Source: Octopus bimaculoides
Lineage: Eukaryota
Reading direction: 5' to 3'
DNA length: 48,695 bases
Assembly (NCBI RefSeq): GCF_001194135.2
Contig: NC_068982.1
Span: forward strand, 149,090,995 to 149,139,689
Shown: one piece after another, positions 11,413-23,490 of the stretch
Numbering within the stretch: the stretch's first letter is position 1
How the letters are laid out: each line of letters starts with the position of its first letter
The notes under the pieces: generated by a model
The model's database searches: none
Seen by the model: the letters and a program-made list of their open reading frames with translations, nothing else
Told to the model about the DNA's origin: nothing
Made by a program: the position numbers and the translations under genes

Positions 11413-12784
11413 ATATATATATGATATATATCTATTTTAATATTTATACAAGCAGTACATAGGGAGTAGCTTTACGTTGAAACATGTTATTACAAACATA
11501 ACCTGTTTAAGTTTGATCATTTTATATTAAGGATTTTTCATATCACCGTATCAGTTCTTTATGCTTGCTTAGAAATATTGATCTTTCTAAATCCATTTGT
11601 CTAGATATTCACAGTCTTATTTTGAAAATAACCTCTTGTCTGCATGTTCTACAGTAAGTCACAAAGAGTCTTGGGAATAATTTAATAACTGATAAAATTC
11701 TCACTGCTGGATTTAAAACACTATATAAGTTATTCCTGGTAGATTTCAGAATTATGATATATTTGTTCTTTGATATAGCTGTGTTTTTTAATTCAAGTTT
11801 ATATTTTACTACTAGTTTAAGCTTCCATAGTTATTCTTTGTTTCTTTTTGTTTGTTTGTTTTTTTTTTGTTTTTGTTTTTGTTTTTGTTTTTTGAGGTGA
11901 GGCTTAAGTAGAATTCTATATAAAATTGTAGTACTGTTAAATAATTGCTTTTCTATTCAATTTTATTTCATGTATTCTGTGTTTGGTTAGTTTATGGCTT
12001 CACATTATACAGGCTCGTCCCTTGCACCTGCTCTAGCTGAGCATCCTAATCTCGCAGGCTTGTAAGCGCTGGTGCCACATAAAAAGACCCATACCAGTGT
12101 GGCATAAAAGCACCCAATACACTGAGTAAAGCGGTTGGCATTAGAGAGGGCATCCGGTCATAGAAATCATGTTATTTCAAATAGGCTGTCCAGCTGCAGA
12201 GAGATTTCTTCATTGGCCCATGAACATGTATATGAAAAAGGAACATGTATTTACATATCAGTAAATATACTGTAAACTAATTTTTTGTATAGATCTATAT
12301 TTTTTATTTATTATGTATGATAAAGGAATAACCATTAAAATTTGATAACTTTCCTAATTTTGAAACTTTTGTTGAATAATAAAATTTTTTGCTTAGAAGA
12401 TAAGTTACCATAGGGATAACAGCATAATATATTTTTTTTCTTTTTTGTGAGTTCATATTAAAAAAAGAGATTGTGACCTTGATGTCAGATTAAAAATAAC
12501 CTTAAAATGTGGAGTCTTTATTGGGTAAATCTGTCCAATTTAAAATTTTTTTATATAATCTGAGTTCAAAGAGGTGAAAGCCAGACTGGTTTTTATCATT
12601 CATGTGTAAGCAATTATGTCATTGGTTATGATTCCCCATGATTCAATCGCTGATTCATTAGATTTCACATAGACATTTACATCCTTCACAGATAAACATA
12701 CATGGAATATATATATACGCACAAATATGCATATGCATGCTTGTGTATGTTTGTATGTGTGTGTGTGTATATATATATATATAT

Positions 12785-13411
12785 AAGCTAAAAAGGTAGT
12801 TCTAAAATCTCTCTTTGAAATGATCGCAGTCGTTATAATAGCAAGTAATGTTCATAGCCGCTTCAACGTGGCTGTTCTGTTTGAGTGGAATTTACTGCAA
12901 TTTTGTAACCCCAAGAGCTGGTTAATGATGCACTGTTGCATCCGATATATTGCGAGCTGGGGAACGAACCCTTACCACCTTGTAGTGACAGGACCAGTAT
13001 ACCAGTCTGGTTTTGGGCTATTTCTGCCTCTCACCAGTACTGGACACCTCATCTGCTAGAGATGGCAGTAACTTGCATCTGCTCACAATATATATAAATT
13101 CAAGTGACACACAGTCTCTAATTTTACAACAAGCTAAAAAGCTAGTTCTAAAATTTGTCTAAGAGACGATTGCAGTAGTTGTACCAGCAAGTAATGTTTG
13201 TAGCCACTTCAACATGGTAGGAGTTCGTTCCCTTGCTCACAATATATCAGATGCAGCTGTGCATCATTAACCAGCTAGAGATATCCTTTTGGGTTAAGAA
13301 ATTGCTGTAAATTCCACTCAAACAGAACAGCCATGCTGAAGTGGCTATGAGAATGACTTGCTAGTACAACTACTGCAGTCATCTCTTAGATTTTATAACT
13401 AGCTTTTTAGC
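12785..13411. repeat. Unclassified inverted plus direct repeat mosaic (~190 bp unit)
   Basis: 12785-12975 is the approximate reverse complement of 13216-13411. 13132-13218 is a direct copy of the first ~85 bp. Confidence 0.88.
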
Positions 13412-14121
13412 TTCTGATGAAATCAGCAACAGTGACCCCAGTCGAACCGTCCAACCCATGCCAGCATGGAAAACGGACGTTAAATGATGATAATGATGAT
13501 GATGATACATGGAAAGTTGGCACCAAATTATAATGGTACACACACACTAAGAGCTTCAGCGCAGCTTTTTTCCACTAAACCCCACTCAAAACCATTGGTC
13601 ATATCAATGCTGAAGGCTGTGGTTAGAATCGCTAAAGGTATCACACAATGGAATATTACCTGGAGCTACGTGATTGCCAAGCAAATTCCTTCACCATACC
13701 ACCATACATGTGCCTAGGTATAGAACATAATATTTCAGATTGTGTATTTGCTATTCCAAATCCTGTTTATGTAGTTGTGGGCTTTTATCTTATTGAACTT
13801 GCTAATATAATTAGAACATATATTGTCTGTATCAATTTCAGATGGTATTCAACTGCAAGGAATAAAATATATTAAAGTAAATAATTTGCTCTATGCCAAC
13901 CTTTCAATTCATCCTGCTGTGATTGATTTTTGGTATTCCTTACAACAAGGGTTCACTTACATTTAGAATATATTCCTTTATTAAAGTTATATTCCTAAAG
14001 AATATAACTTCAATTGAAGTAATGTTGAGTGAAATGATACTCAATTAAAGGAAAAGGATATATATATATACATACATATATGCATATATATATATATGTA
14101 TATGTATATATGTATATATAC

Positions 14122-14224
<103 letters not shown>

Positions 14225-14533
14225 CAGGGAGAGAGAGAGAGAGAGAGAATGATGCAGATAAACATGATTAGGCTTGATATATATAAATGTACATGCATGC
14301 ATGCATATGCACATAAAGATAGGTAGATAGTCTGTCCACTTCATCTTGATATTTACTGTTGTCATCCATTTCCTCCTCTTCCTTTTTATCCTTGATATCA
14401 TCATCATCATTATCATCATCATCATTGTCATCATCATCATTATCGTTGTTGTCGTCATCATCATCATAATTATCAACATCCTTACTTTGATCATAACCAT
14501 CTTCCGTGCTAGCATAGGTTAGCCATGGTATGT

Positions 14534-14581
14534 AATACGCTATCTTACCCTGCATTTCAATTCTGTGTCATCTCATCAGTT
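14534..14581 (-). ncRNA. Degenerate type I hammerhead ribozyme-like core downstream of a Penelope-like endonuclease
   Basis: Minus strand reads CTGATGA-GAT(gacacaga)ATT-GAAA-TGC(agggtaagata)GCGT-A. Core boxes are intact, stems II and III carry G.U wobbles, stem I is only 2 bp. Confidence 0.45.
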
Positions 14582-14959
14582 TGGTCCACTTGTTTTCATA
14601 TTTGGCCTTGTTATTTCTTGATCTGATCAAACTTTTCAATATGCTTATTTTTTACCAATCCAATAATGTATTATATATTTTCAGCCACTAAGTGCCATGC
14701 ATTCACATTACATAATGTATATATAAAAGGAAATATAAGATAAAAATTTGGCAAAAATATGAGTGAAAAGACTGAGAAAAACATTTAAAGGGGCAGTAAT
14801 TATTCCCCTGGAATCAAGATTATGACCTTGTGACTCCTTAAATGAAAAAGATTGTTAATGTTGAATATTTAATGTGTTTTACCTAGGTGTTGTCATCTAA
14901 AACAAAATCGTCTATTGTGGACAGTTAAGTGGAGGAAAGGCTAAAGTACATTAAACTGT

Positions 14960-15745
14960 GACTGATCTAGTGAAGAAAATCTTCTTCCAGCCTGATAACA
15001 GATGTATACATCTTGTAAAGATCTCTAACCTCAAAATTTAGAAGATCGGTGAAGTCCTTTGATCTAATAAGGATGTGTGTACTTTCTGCCATACAGAATA
15101 TGCACTTTTTGATCCATTGATGTATAGCGTAAATCTCACTGTGATGTGCCTCTTAATGGTGTGTGGTATAATGCTTTTCTTCAGGTTCCAGATATGGTGT
15201 GGTGGCTTTGTGTTTTTCTTTTGTCTATATATTTAATATAAGACTGTAGGTTGATGTATCACTTTTTGTACAGTCCAATATATTTTTCTTTTTGCTCCCT
15301 TATTTGGTGGAACAGAGTTAACCTCAGATTTGTAGATGACTGAGCAATTATGCATGCCTAGTCTAGTGGGCATGTATCTGTTTTCCTAATGTTGCAGTCT
15401 GGAGTAAACATTTTTGTTGGTTTACATGAAATGTTTTTCATATTATGGCTTTATCCATATGAAACTTGCTCAGAGTGTTAATTGAAGATTTTCTTCTATC
15501 AGTGGCTATTGGGGAAATGCTAGAAATTTTTCACTAACATTTGTCCTAACATTCAAGGTGGAGTATAGAGCACACCATATAACTGTTTTAGGTCTACTTT
15601 TTAGGCTTGATTCTTGTTTGGGTCAGAGTGTATGCTACCTTCTCTTTAATGCCACTGTTGGCCCGGGATATTATAGTAGGGGGATGCTTTATTGAGAATT
15701 TCGTTAAAGGAACGGAGGTTAGAAATCCTATTACTAGTGTTAGTT
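14960..15745 (-). mobile_element. Penelope-like retroelement remnant (RT thumb end, linker, GIY-YIG endonuclease)
   Basis: Minus strand: NRISNLRSFNEILNKA; VIWC..LNVRTNVSEKFL; CNIRKTDTCPLD (15361); SVIYKSEV (15332-15340); KYIGL (15274-15282); HIWNLK; GSK.CIFCMAE..LLN. Order matches the Penelope ORF. Confidence 0.88.
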
Positions 15746-15829
15746 AACATCATCATCATCTGCTAGATGATGTAAAACTGCAAGATGTAAGACCCATCGA
15801 GTGTATTTCAGGATTGTAAACAACAGATG

Positions 15830-15833
15830 TAAA

Positions 15834-15866
<33 letters not shown>

Positions 15867-16085
15867 GTGATGATGATGGTGATGATGATGGTGATAATGA
15901 TGATGATGATGATGAGGAGGAGGAGGAGGAGGAGGATAACAATGATGATGACACTGCTACCCCCCCCAACAACAACAACAACGACCATTATCATCAGCAG
16001 CAACAGCACCACCACCAACAACAACAACAAAGACCGTCAGCAGCAGCACCACCACCACTACCACCACCATGACAATAATGACACT
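15830..16085. repeat. (GAT)n/(GAG)n/(AAC)n/(CAC)n compound microsatellite
   Basis: Directly visible. Confidence 0.9.
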
Positions 16086-17065
16086 GGTGCTTGACATGAA
16101 ATTGCAGTTATCTAACGTTTCTTCAAGATTCCTGCCCCCCCCATATCCCCTCATCATTCACTTTGATCAGTCTCAGGCACTGATTCGGTTATCTAGAACT
16201 TAACTATTATATTTAGTTTCCATTCTACTCCACTAAACATTAATCTATGGAAAGAAGAACATTTGTTACAAAGGAAAAACTTTTGTAGTTGAGCTAAAAT
16301 AGTTACTGTCTCAGTATACATAGCTACTAATTATAAACTGAGGGTACACAATAGTCAATACTAAACTAGCAGGGAAAGTCTGTACCATAGCTGTCTCAGT
16401 CTTTAATCAACCTAAAGAAGAGATAAGCTATGTCAGGTGATAAATCATTCTGAGAAATACCTTATCAGAGTAACTGCAAGACCAGAATAGGTTAGCAAAT
16501 ATTTATGGTTTAAAGTTAATTATAATAACTACGATAATAATAAACCTAGCAATAGTAGACTTCCATAGAGAATGATAAAAAGAAATATCACGGTCCACTA
16601 TGAGAGAAAATTTCCATAACAAACAATATGTGAAATAATAAACTAAAAATGGCATTAAGCCTGGTAGAGACTAAAGTTATTCTTATCAAAATAACTTAAA
16701 GTATAATTCTGATTGTCAACTTTCTATATGCTGAGTAGTGATGGAGTGGAAAACACATTAGTTCTTTAGGCATTGAATTGTCAGAATTGTTAGAGTGACA
16801 AAAAGAATGTCTTTTGATACTCGTTTTGATTCTCTATACTCTGAGTTCAAATCTCACTAAAGACAATTTGGTATTTTTTTCCCCGTTAAAAGTCAGTAAA
16901 TAGAATACTGGGGGTCAATTTATCCCTACCATCTCTCTCCCCACTCTCTCTTATTCTTGGTATCTCTGGATTGTACCACATAATTCAAAGTTCCAATCTT
17001 GCCTTAATTTAAAACAGTTCTATATTTAAGAGATGAGGAATTATGTACATTATTTACATTATGGT

Positions 17066-17136
17066 GGGCATATGGCATAGTGGTTAAGAGCACAGGCTAC
17101 TAACCCCAAGATTCCGAGTTTGATTCCAGGCAGTGA

Positions 17137-17222
<86 letters not shown>

Positions 17223-17365
17223 TCGAAAAATACCTTAGGAATGAGCACCTGGGTTCGAAATTTCCCCCAAGACACTTGATGAAGGCTGGAGGGTATATCA
17301 GCTAAAATGCTGTATTAACAACAAACCAGATGAGGACAAATATCCGTTAAAATGTAAATAATGTA
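17066..17365 (+). mobile_element. tRNA-headed SINE-like element with internal (AAT)n(AAC)n and a hammerhead-like 3' module
   Basis: A-box-like TGGCATAGTGG and B-box-like GAGTTTGATTCC in 17066-17140, microsatellite spacer 17141-17220, then GACAC-TTGATGA-A-GGCTG(gagggtatat)CAGCT-AAAA-TGCT-GTATT at 17271-17316. Confidence 0.7.
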
Positions 17366-17574
17366 ACTCTTGTCTTATTTTGTCATATTGATTCAGCCTG
17401 AGGTTTGCATTGTGGACACATAGGAATGCTGAACCACTTACACACTTATTTCATGACTTGAACTTCTACTGGATGTTCATTGTGAAGATCAATGGAAAAT
17501 CAATCACCAGCTCTAAGGCACTTTCTTCGGGTTCTTTTAATCATTATGGCTAAAGGCAATTATGATGCATTGAC

Positions 17575-17790
17575 TATATTCTTTTACTTGTTTCACACAT
17601 TGGACTGTGGCCATGATGGGACACTGCCTTGAAGGGGTTTAGTCAAACAAATCGACGCTATTACTTCTTTTTTAAAGCCTGGTATTTACTTTATCGGTCT
17701 CTTTTGCCGAATCAGTAAGTTATGGGGATGTAAACAAACTAACACTAGCTGTGAAGCAGTAATGAGGGGCAAACCCAAACCCAAACACAC
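17575..17790 (-). mobile_element. Family C SINE, 3' half
   Basis: TTTTACTTGTTTCA..GACTGTGGCCATG...CTTTTGCCGAA..TAAGTTATGGGGATGTAAAC matches the 3' half of 40852-41243. Confidence 0.75.
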
Positions 17791-17822
17791 ATATACGTAT
17801 ATATGTGTATATACATATATTC

Positions 17823-17877
<55 letters not shown>

Positions 17878-17881
<4 letters not shown>

Positions 17882-19135
17882 AAGGTAGATCATGGCATGA
17901 TATGTCAAAAGCTACCAGACCTTGACATTGCTGGTAAACTGGGAGAGTGGCTGCATGACTTCCTTAAAGACAGAATTGAGGTAGTTGCAACCAATGGTGT
18001 CCTTTCTGAGGAAACTCAAATCACAAGTGGTGTACCCCAGGGGACTGTTCTGAGGCTATTACTGTTCATAATAGCCCTCTTAGACCATGCCCATGGTCAC
18101 TTGGACAGCCACTGTTACTAGCTATGTTGATAATACAAAATTGTCAAAGGGAATAAAAAAACTAAGATGATGTCGCAAGCTTACAGCAGAACCTGAATTC
18201 AATATACAAGTGGGCTGAAATAAACAACATGCAGCTTAATACTGGAAAATTTTAAGCACTGCACTATCAACTCACGAATGCACTACAGCCTGCATATGCA
18301 GGATCCAAGAACACTACAATCCCAGGGTCACAGGCAGTGCAAGACTTGGGGACCAATATGTGCAATGATGCATCATTTTATATGCACCTTACCAAGATGG
18401 CAGCAAAGTGCAGACAACTGGCAGGATGGATACTGGGGTCCTTCAAGACAAGAGACCAAGAAGCTATGTTGGTCTCTTGTCTTGAAGGACCTTTTTTCTT
18501 AGCTGCCTGGACAACTGCTCCAAGTTATGGTAACCACATAGTGCGAAACTAACAGCAACGCTTGAGGCAGTCCAACACCACTACACTAAAAAAATTGAAA
18601 CAGTGCAGCAGATAAGCTACAGGGATAGGCTGAGAAAACTGCAACTATACTCCCTTGAGTGAAAGCATGAGAGATATGCAATAATCTACTATGGAAATCT
18701 CTAGAAGGGCTAGTACCTAATTTCAGCATTGAGTGTTATACAACTGCCAGAACTGGCTGCCATTGTATTGTACCAAAGGTATCATCCACTCCAACTAAAT
18801 TCAGAACCAGGTACTGCAATAGTTTAGGGTTCAAAGACCCACAGCTCTTCAATGCACTGCCAGAAAGATTAAGAAATCTGCATAAGGTGGAAGTAGATGT
18901 CTTCAAAAAGGAACTAGACATCCTCCTCTCCACAATACTGGATGAACCAACAGCCCAATATGAGGTGCAGACGAGGGCAGTAGAATCACACTCCCTTATA
19001 CACCAAATGGATCAGCAGCTGAGGCAAAGGCACATACAGGAGTGGTGGTGTGAAACACCTCAGACCGAGGAAATCAGAAAGACCATGGTGGTGCTCCAGC
19101 ATGACTGCAGCTGTATGGCTGAAATGTGTAAAAGA
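17878..19135 (+). mobile_element. CR1-clade LINE, 5'-truncated RT remnant with 3' UTR
   Basis: [40 protein letters not shown] (degenerate YADD, 18120-18134), WAEINNMQLN, RQLAGWILGSFKTRD, LFNALPERLRNL..VDVFKKELD. Multiple stops and frameshifts. Confidence 0.92.
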
Positions 19136-19414
19136 ATATATANNNNNNNNNNNNNNNNNNNNNNNNNNNNNNNNNNNNNNNNNNNNNNNNNNNNNNNNNN
19201 NNNNNNNNNNNNNNNNNNNNNNNNNNNNNNNNNNNNNNNNNNNNNNNNNNNNNNNNNNNNNNNNNNNNNNNNNNNNNNNNNNNNNNNNNNNNNNNNNNNN
19301 NNNNNNNNNNNNNNNNNNNNNNNNNNNNNNNNNNNNNNNNNNNNNNNNNNNNNNNNNNNNNNNNNNNNNNNNNNNNNNNNNNNNNNNNNNNNNNNNNNNN
19401 NNNNNNNNNNNNNN

Positions 19415-19695
19415 GCAAAGTCGACCTCGGCGGAATTTGAACTCAGAACGTAGCGGCAGACGAAATACCTATTTCTTTACTGCCCACAAGGGGCTACACA
19501 CAGAGGGGACAAACAAGGACAGACAAACGGATTAAGTCGATTTTATCGACCCCAGTGCGTAACTGGTACTTAATTTATCGACCCCGAAAGGATGAAAGGC
19601 AAAGTCGACCTCAGCGGAATTTGAACTCAGAACGCAGACGGCAGACGAAATGCCGCTAAGCATTTCGCCCGGCGTGCTAACGTTTCTGCCAGCTT
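19415..19695 (-). mobile_element. Family B tRNA-derived SINE: young full copy plus adjacent partial copy
   Basis: CpG-rich. Reverse complement reads GCTGGCAGAAACGTTAGCACGCCGGGCGAAATGCTTAGCGG..GTTCTGAGTTCAAATTCCGC (B box)..GGTCGACTTTGCCTTTCATCCTTTCGGGGTCGATAAA. The head segment is repeated at 19415-19469. Confidence 0.88.
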
Positions 19696-20424
19696 CTTAC
19701 CATACAGCCATGCCTGATAAATTAAATATTTAATCAAGGAGATCACAAGTAATTTTTAAAAATTACAATTTATAAAATTAACCTTGCCATGCTGTATTCT
19801 CACTGTAGTAGGAATAAGTTAAGCATCATCTCTGCTGGATTCCTGGTAAAGTGGTATCGACCAACACACATAGAAAAAGAAGATGCAGCCAATTCTGTCC
19901 ATTAGTTTACCTACAATTGTTACTCTTGGGTGCATATGCAACTATTTTTTTTTTGTTCAGGTGGCCCAGGTGTGAGATGGTTAATAAATGAAAAAATAAT
20001 TATACAGCACAAGTGTTAAAGACAGTGTTATTGCATATTATGAGTTTACTGTGTAAGATATAATAAAGTTTGATATATATTAATGGTGATGATGGACAAA
20101 GTGCCTTAGAGTATTTAATTATGGTATTTTACACTTTAAGTTCAAATTCTTCCAAAAATGACATTGACTTTGGAGTTGATGAAATAAAGTGCCACTCAAA
20201 TATGGTAGTTGATTTAATTGGCAGAGCCCTCGACTCCAGATACGTGATCTTGTGTCAATGCTAGAAATCAATATGTATCAAAGCACACTGAATAGCTCCC
20301 CTAGTGACATATTAAATAACACTTGACTTGAATAAAGGAAAGACAATTCAATATTTTGTTATACAAGAAGAATTTTCATTCATTATTTCTCACTATACTT
20401 CTTGTGTTTTCCTTCTAACTTACT

Positions 20425-20632
20425 AAGGAAACCTCTACATGGTCACTCAACCTGCTAGAAAAAGCAACTAAATTTTCTCTTAACTTACACCTGACACATT
20501 CAAAAATGAGGCACATATTAGATAATGTAGTCTTAGATATAGAATGCCTGAAAAAAATAGTATGGCTATGGTTTAAATGACTTTTGTTATAGGTTTACTC
20601 ATCTAAGGCTGACCTCAGGTTAAAACACACCA
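20425..20632 (+). mobile_element. Family F interspersed repeat (diverged SINE-like)
   Basis: Motifs ACTCAACCTGCTAGAAA.AGCAAC and GGCTGACCT..GG.TAAA(C)AAC recur at ~2365, 24370-24550, 38600-38770 and, inverted, at 47300-47600. Confidence 0.5.
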
Positions 20633-20639
20633 ATCTTCA

Positions 20640-21030
20640 TCATTGTCATCATCATCGTTTAACGTCCGCTTTCCATGCTAGCATGGGTTGGACGATTTGA
20701 CTGAGGAATGGTGAACCATATGGCTACACCAGGCTCCAATCTGATTTGGCAGAGTTTCTACAGCTGGATGCCCTTCCTAACGCCAACCACTCTGAGAGTG
20801 TAGTGGGTGCTTTTACGTGTCACCCGCACAAAGGCCAGTCAGGAGGTACTGGCAATGGCCACACTCGAAATGGTGTATTTTACGTGCCACCTGCACAGGA
20901 GCCAGTCCAGTGGTACTGGCAATGAACTCACTTGAATGTCTTTTCATATGCCACTGGCACAAGTGCCAGGAGGGCGACATTGGTAACGATCACGCTCAAA
21001 TGGTGCTATTTACATACTCCTGGCACAGAA
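20640..21030 (-). mobile_element. Family A SINE copy
   Basis: Reverse complement of the family A core and tail, plus GCCAGT..GGCAC modules. Confidence 0.85.
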
Positions 21031-22674
21031 GCCCTATTATCAAAAATGGTAAGATATTTGTATATTTTAATTTTTGATAAATACTGCAAACAACTTAAAT
21101 CAAATAAAAATTTGAATCAAATCAGAAGCCATTACTAACTATTCAGCTTTGAAGAAGTCATGGAGCAGGGATTAAGAAGTTAGCTCTGCAACTATGTGGC
21201 TCAAGATTGCATTGCATATTGCTTTGATTGATGTGCAATATAATCTTTAACTGGTCAACTTCTTGCTGACTAATGATCTGTGACCAATGACTAAGGGTTT
21301 GTGAATTGAATTTGGTAGGTGAAAACAAGGCAGAAATCTATTGATGCATGAGTGTATTTATCTTTAACCAATATACATCAACACAGGATGTAAACATCAG
21401 CAAGGATATTGAAAAAAATTAAACATTTTTAAAAACAACTGTTCCCTATAATATTTGTTCTACATTGAGATATTGTGACTCCTTTATCATTCTTGATGTC
21501 AGAAAAGCAATGAACCAGTGATTGGCTTATTGGAAATTTATACTCCATTATGCAATTGTTCATCAATAATGGTATAAAATTGATAAATAATAAATTATTT
21601 AATGAATAAAAAATAAGTAGAAAGGAAACCTGTCGTCAGCCTGGCACTCCAAAACAAACAGAGTTATATGCCCTTCCCTAGTGACATTACAAAACACAAC
21701 AGTTATTGTAATATGGAGTAAGAAAATGTTTATGTCTGATATAAGCGTTAGTAAATGCTTAATAAAAACAAGTTCAAAGGAGTAATGATATTTACATATA
21801 TATATTATTAACAGAATTTTGAAAAAAATACTGATCAACATTCAGACAGTAAAATCACACATAGAGATCTTTGACATGCTTATAATTATGTAGATTAAAT
21901 GAAAGACATTCTGGATACATTAAACTCTTTGATGTTTGGAATACTAATTCCAGCAAACAAAGAATTACACATATCTAGCATGATGAAAATAATTAAAACA
22001 TGACTAGAGACTTCATAACGAGGCAGAGATAAGAATTTATGAATGCTCGTTATTTTCCTCGAAAAGAGAAACAGTAATCGCAGCCAATTTTACTGACGTT
22101 TTCAATAAAATACAAAAGAAAATATACATTGATACTTAGAGTTTATACAAAGTTAGAAAAACAACTTTTATCAGAAATAATAAAAGTAATATGGATATGA
22201 AAATATTTCCAGAATAAACTTATCAGAGGACATAACAATAATAATATTCTGCTCAATACCACAGATTTGCTTATCAGTTGTCTGATCTTAACCACTTGAG
22301 CATATCCCTTGGTGGATGACGATATGTGCATCTCTGATCATGAGCAGAAGTAGTGGGGAAGCATCATAGCCATGTGTTGAGAGGAATTCTTTGGTGTTTG
22401 AATAATTCACCTCTGGAAACATGGGACATTTTGAGTGGGAAGGGCTACTCAACCTGAGGAAAATTCTAACTGGCCCCCACCTGCAAAGTCATGCACTGTT
22501 TATCTTGATATGAGATCACCATGTTGTGCACATGTGATTGTGATGCATGTACCTGGTGTATCCTTATCAGACGGGTTAGTCAGGATGGGTATTTTGGGCT
22601 TCGTATATTTGTACCCTTGTGTCACTTTGATGGCATATGCTGCTCTCTCACTCAATAGTAATAATAATAATAAC

Positions 22675-22710
<36 letters not shown>

Positions 22711-22784
22711 TGTTATTGTTATTTATTATTGTTATTATTATTATATTTTAAAAAGGATTGATGTAACTCTTCACAAAGGTAAAC

Positions 22785-23063
22785 AGTCAAGACGAAGAGC
22801 GTGATTTGATTGTAATAGGTATTTTATTGGTTGTACGATATTTCAAGAGTAAGCCTGTCAAGTTCAAAATATGAAGTGATAAAAATTTAAAATTATCGAA
22901 ATTTAAACGTAATGTATGAACTAGAGCAACCAGTGTCCACATGTTGATGGAATGACATCATCAGTTTTTAAGTTTCAAATTTATAACAGGTGAAAAGAAA
23001 AAGACAGAAGAAAACAGAAGAAAGGAGACAACTTACAATCGAATCATGCTCTTCGTCTTCACT
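22785..23063. mobile_element. MITE-like segment bounded by a 31 bp imperfect inverted repeat
   Basis: AGTCAAGACGAAGAGCGTGATTTGATTGTAA (22785-22815) versus the reverse complement of 23033-23063, AGTGAAGACGAAGAGCATGATTCGATTGTAA; 28/31 identical. Confidence 0.55.
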
Positions 23064-23064
23064 A

Positions 23065-23126
<62 letters not shown>

Positions 23127-23127
23127 T

Positions 23128-23420
23128 GAGCGTGGTCATTGCCAGTGCTGCCAGACTGGCTCCCATGCAAGTAGCACATAAAAACACCTTTTGAGCTTGG
23201 TCATTGCCAGAACCGCCTGACTGGCCCTCATGCTGGTGGCACGTAAAAGCACCCACTACACTCTCGGAGTGGTTAGCATTAGGAAGGGCATCCAGCTGTA
23301 GAAACTTTGCCAGATCAGATTGGAGCCTGGTGCAGCCTTCTGGCTTGCCAGTCCTCAGTCGAACCATCCAACCCATGCCAGCATGGAAAGCGGACGTTAA
23401 ACGATGATGATGATGATGAT
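23128..23420 (+). mobile_element. Family A SINE copy
   Basis: Core and GGACGTTAAACGATGATGAT tail. It follows an (ATT)n tract. Confidence 0.88.
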
Positions 23421-23458
23421 TATCATCATTATCATCTCATCATCATCTTATCATTATC

Positions 23459-23490
<32 letters not shown>

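Noticed and set aside
12013-12061. Plus-strand exon candidate SSLAPALAEHPNLAG
   Set aside because: Weak exon-side donor context, and it abuts a family A SINE fragment from which it may derive.
13842-13876. Plus-strand exon candidate tttcag|DGIQLQGIKYIK|gtaaat
   Set aside because: Splice signals are plausible, but it is not phase-compatible with neighbouring candidates and I recognise no homolog.
19809-19969. Plus-strand candidates RNKLSIISAGFL (19809-19845) and a 9 nt GTGGCCCAG microexon after a T-rich acceptor
   Set aside because: The donor of the second is weak, read-through gives an immediate stop, and there is no supporting homology.
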